Positions 43,825-45,161 of a DNA stretch of 45,161 bases are shown here, in pieces. A program made the position numbers and the translations under genes. The notes beneath the pieces are model-generated. The model ran no database searches and was not told the DNA's origin. It saw nothing but the letters and a program-made list of their open reading frames with translations. The stretch's first letter is position 1. Each line of letters begins with the position of its first letter. The stretch is from a virus (Duplodnaviria > Caudoviricetes): positions 1 through 45,161 of the IMG/VR virus record IMGVR_UViG_3300048902_000090. One strand, written 5' to 3'.

Positions 43825-44119
43825 TGCCGGTCGGCCTTTTATAAAATTCGGTTAGCGGTTTAAATCCGTCGCATCGCGAGCATGGCTTGAACCAGTTTCC
43901 TTCAATCAGTTTCCAGCCCGCGTGAGCACGATTGTGCTCGAGCTTCGACAGAAGTTCTAAATTAGAAATGTCGTTGTTGAGTTTGTCGCCATCCTTGTGG
44001 TGAACATCATGGCCCTCGGGAATCGGGCCATGATGCTTTTCGTAAACAATGCGATGCTCATAGATCATGCGCCTTCCAACTCTCAGGTGCCGATACCCGG
44101 AGGAGGTTAGCGCCATCAC
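43697..44119 (-). CDS. HNH endonuclease with C-terminal Zn finger
   Basis: YEHRIV...GPIP..DVHHKDGDKLNNDISNL...EH; CSRC..CKPC; lower GC. Confidence 0.9.
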   Translation of the reverse strand: MMALTSSGYRHLRVGRRMIYEHRIVYEKHHGPIPEGHDVHHKDGDKLNNDISNLELLSKLEHNRAHAGWKLIEGNWFKPCSRCDGFKPLTEFYKRPTGNGSAYCKPCHLIANRGSNAKAKAKRLLAVLPRPMPQAGSAHD

Positions 44120-44325
44120 ACAGGCGCTCGTTTGATCGCTTCCAGCTTCAATTCAATCGCCGCTATTCCCTCGGCGACCTCCGCCCATTTCTTGGCGACG
44201 TAGGCGTCAATTGGCGCTACTGCGTCCATCCTCTCCATTGCTTGAATCTTCAGGTGTCTCAAGAGTTGCTCCGGCTCGTCGAGCGCGAGGGCTACGGCGA
44301 GGGTTCCTACGATATCCGCTGTCAT
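44116..44325 (-). CDS. Hypothetical protein
   Basis: AAAGGA SD before MTADIVG; helical. Confidence 0.6.
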   Translation of the reverse strand: MTADIVGTLAVALALDEPEQLLRHLKIQAMERMDAVAPIDAYVAKKWAEVAEGIAAIELKLEAIKRAPV

Positions 44326-44644
44326 TAAGTTTTTGTCCTTTGAGTAGTTTCTGCATGCCTTCGTTGATCGATTCGATTTGCGCCGGCGTGACGATCTCCG
44401 CCCATACGCGCTCCTCGCCATAGGACGCGAACGCATTCTTGGCGTTTTCGTGCGCCGCCGTGTGCTCCCAGTTGGTGATGTAGTAGATGGCGTTGGTCTT
44501 TACACCAAAGGTGCGCGCAATCAGCTTGGGCGGCACGCCGCGCAAGTGAAAAGCATAGATCGCGATTCGCTCCGCGGTCGAGAGCTTGCGCTCGCGCGAC
44601 GTCGACTTGAGTCCCGCGAGCGCGTCTTCATCGAGGTAGGTCAT
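44207..44644 (-). CDS. HTH DNA-binding protein
   Basis: LSTAERIAIYAFHLRGVPPKLIARTFGVKTNAIYYI. Confidence 0.75.
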   Translation of the reverse strand: MTYLDEDALAGLKSTSRERKLSTAERIAIYAFHLRGVPPKLIARTFGVKTNAIYYITNWEHTAAHENAKNAFASYGEERVWAEIVTPAQIESINEGMQKLLKGQKLNDSGYRRNPRRSPRARRAGATLETPEDSSNGEDGRSSAN

Positions 44645-44714
44645 TGGCTCTCTCGTTTCGATATCGATTAGCTAATCATCCCTTAACAAATTATGAAGAC
44701 GCACGCGCCATGGT

Positions 44715-44993
44715 TCAGCGTGCAACATGAATGCACTCCGTGATTTTGAGGGTGGTGCGGGTCCAAACCGTGCCAGGATCTTTGCCGTTGGTTGCGAGCC
44801 ACTGGCGCGTGTCGAACATTTTGTCCTTCACGATCTCAAACGCGGTGGCGACAACGCCGCCATGCAGGATTGCGCCTTCAGGCGAGCCAAACCAGCCAGG
44901 CTCGCCGGCGTCGATGCGGGCGCAGATCGCCGGCGAGTCCTCGTAGCGATCAGCCGTGCCGTCGCCATTGGCGTGATACCAGTGAAACGTCAT
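44715..44993 (-). CDS. Hypothetical protein
   Basis: GGAG SD, ATGA overlap. Confidence 0.65.
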   Translation of the reverse strand: MTFHWYHANGDGTADRYEDSPAICARIDAGEPGWFGSPEGAILHGGVVATAFEIVKDKMFDTRQWLATNGKDPGTVWTRTTLKITECIHVAR

Positions 44994-45160
44994 CGCTCCA
45001 TCTCCCTGTCCATACGCTCGTCGCGGGCGTCGTCGGGATCGCGCTCGGGCGGCGCGTCAAGCACGTCGGCGCCGCACTTGCTGCAAGTGAACCGATATTC
45101 GTCGTCGTCTTCGACTTCGATGAATTCCTCGCCGCACTTCCAGCAACGCTCGGTATCGCG
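44990..45160 (-). CDS. Zn-ribbon protein, 5' end outside window
   Basis: CWKC...CSKC...DPDDARDER; stop overlaps the next ATG. Confidence 0.55.
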   Translation of the reverse strand, partial: RDTERCWKCGEEFIEVEDDDEYRFTCSKCGADVLDAPPERDPDDARDERMDREMER

Positions 45161-45161
45161 G

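Larger units (their letters stand above)
1..45161. mobile_element. Tailed bacteriophage genome, podovirus-like, probably near complete
   Basis: Terminase-portal-scaffold-capsid-adaptor-fibre-nozzle-ejection gene order on +; early/replication genes on -; both window ends fall in minus-strand small-ORF clusters; no host housekeeping genes. Confidence 0.96.

Noticed and set aside
45140-45161. Exact circular closure or terminal repeat with position 1
   Set aside because: Only CGG is shared; joining leaves the Zn-ribbon frame with an upstream TAG and no start

Overview
The window is a complete or nearly complete (~45 kb, high-GC) tailed-phage genome with podovirus-type (P22-like portal/nozzle, no tape measure) morphogenesis genes. 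The host is probably alphaproteobacterial (Hyphomicrobiales-like), inferred from a PEP-CTERM variant, a DUF3309-like gene and promoter style. The plus strand (3577-28729) carries terminase, a small accessory cassette, portal, scaffold, capsid, lysis genes, adaptor, tail fibres, nozzle and ejection proteins. The minus strand (28726-45161 continuing into 1-3555) carries early and replication genes: SF3 primase-helicase, DNA methyltransferase, SSB-like protein, VRR-NUC-like nuclease, SNF2 helicase, two HNH nucleases, GP88-like protein and many small ORFs. I found no integrase, full DNA polymerase, tRNA or CRISPR array. Most unusual features: (1) a self-contained promoter-RHH-Pro/Gly repeat-PEP-CTERM cassette between terminase and portal; (2) a DndB/DGQHR-like plus 2-TM two-gene cassette with its own promoter and palindromic operator; (3) a 183-bp dyad next to an HTH gene, together with an apparently decayed PolA exonuclease remnant and a primase lacking its acidic motif; (4) an ejection protein fusing an L,D-transpeptidase-like and a lysozyme-like domain. 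All family assignments come from motif recognition by eye, not database searches.
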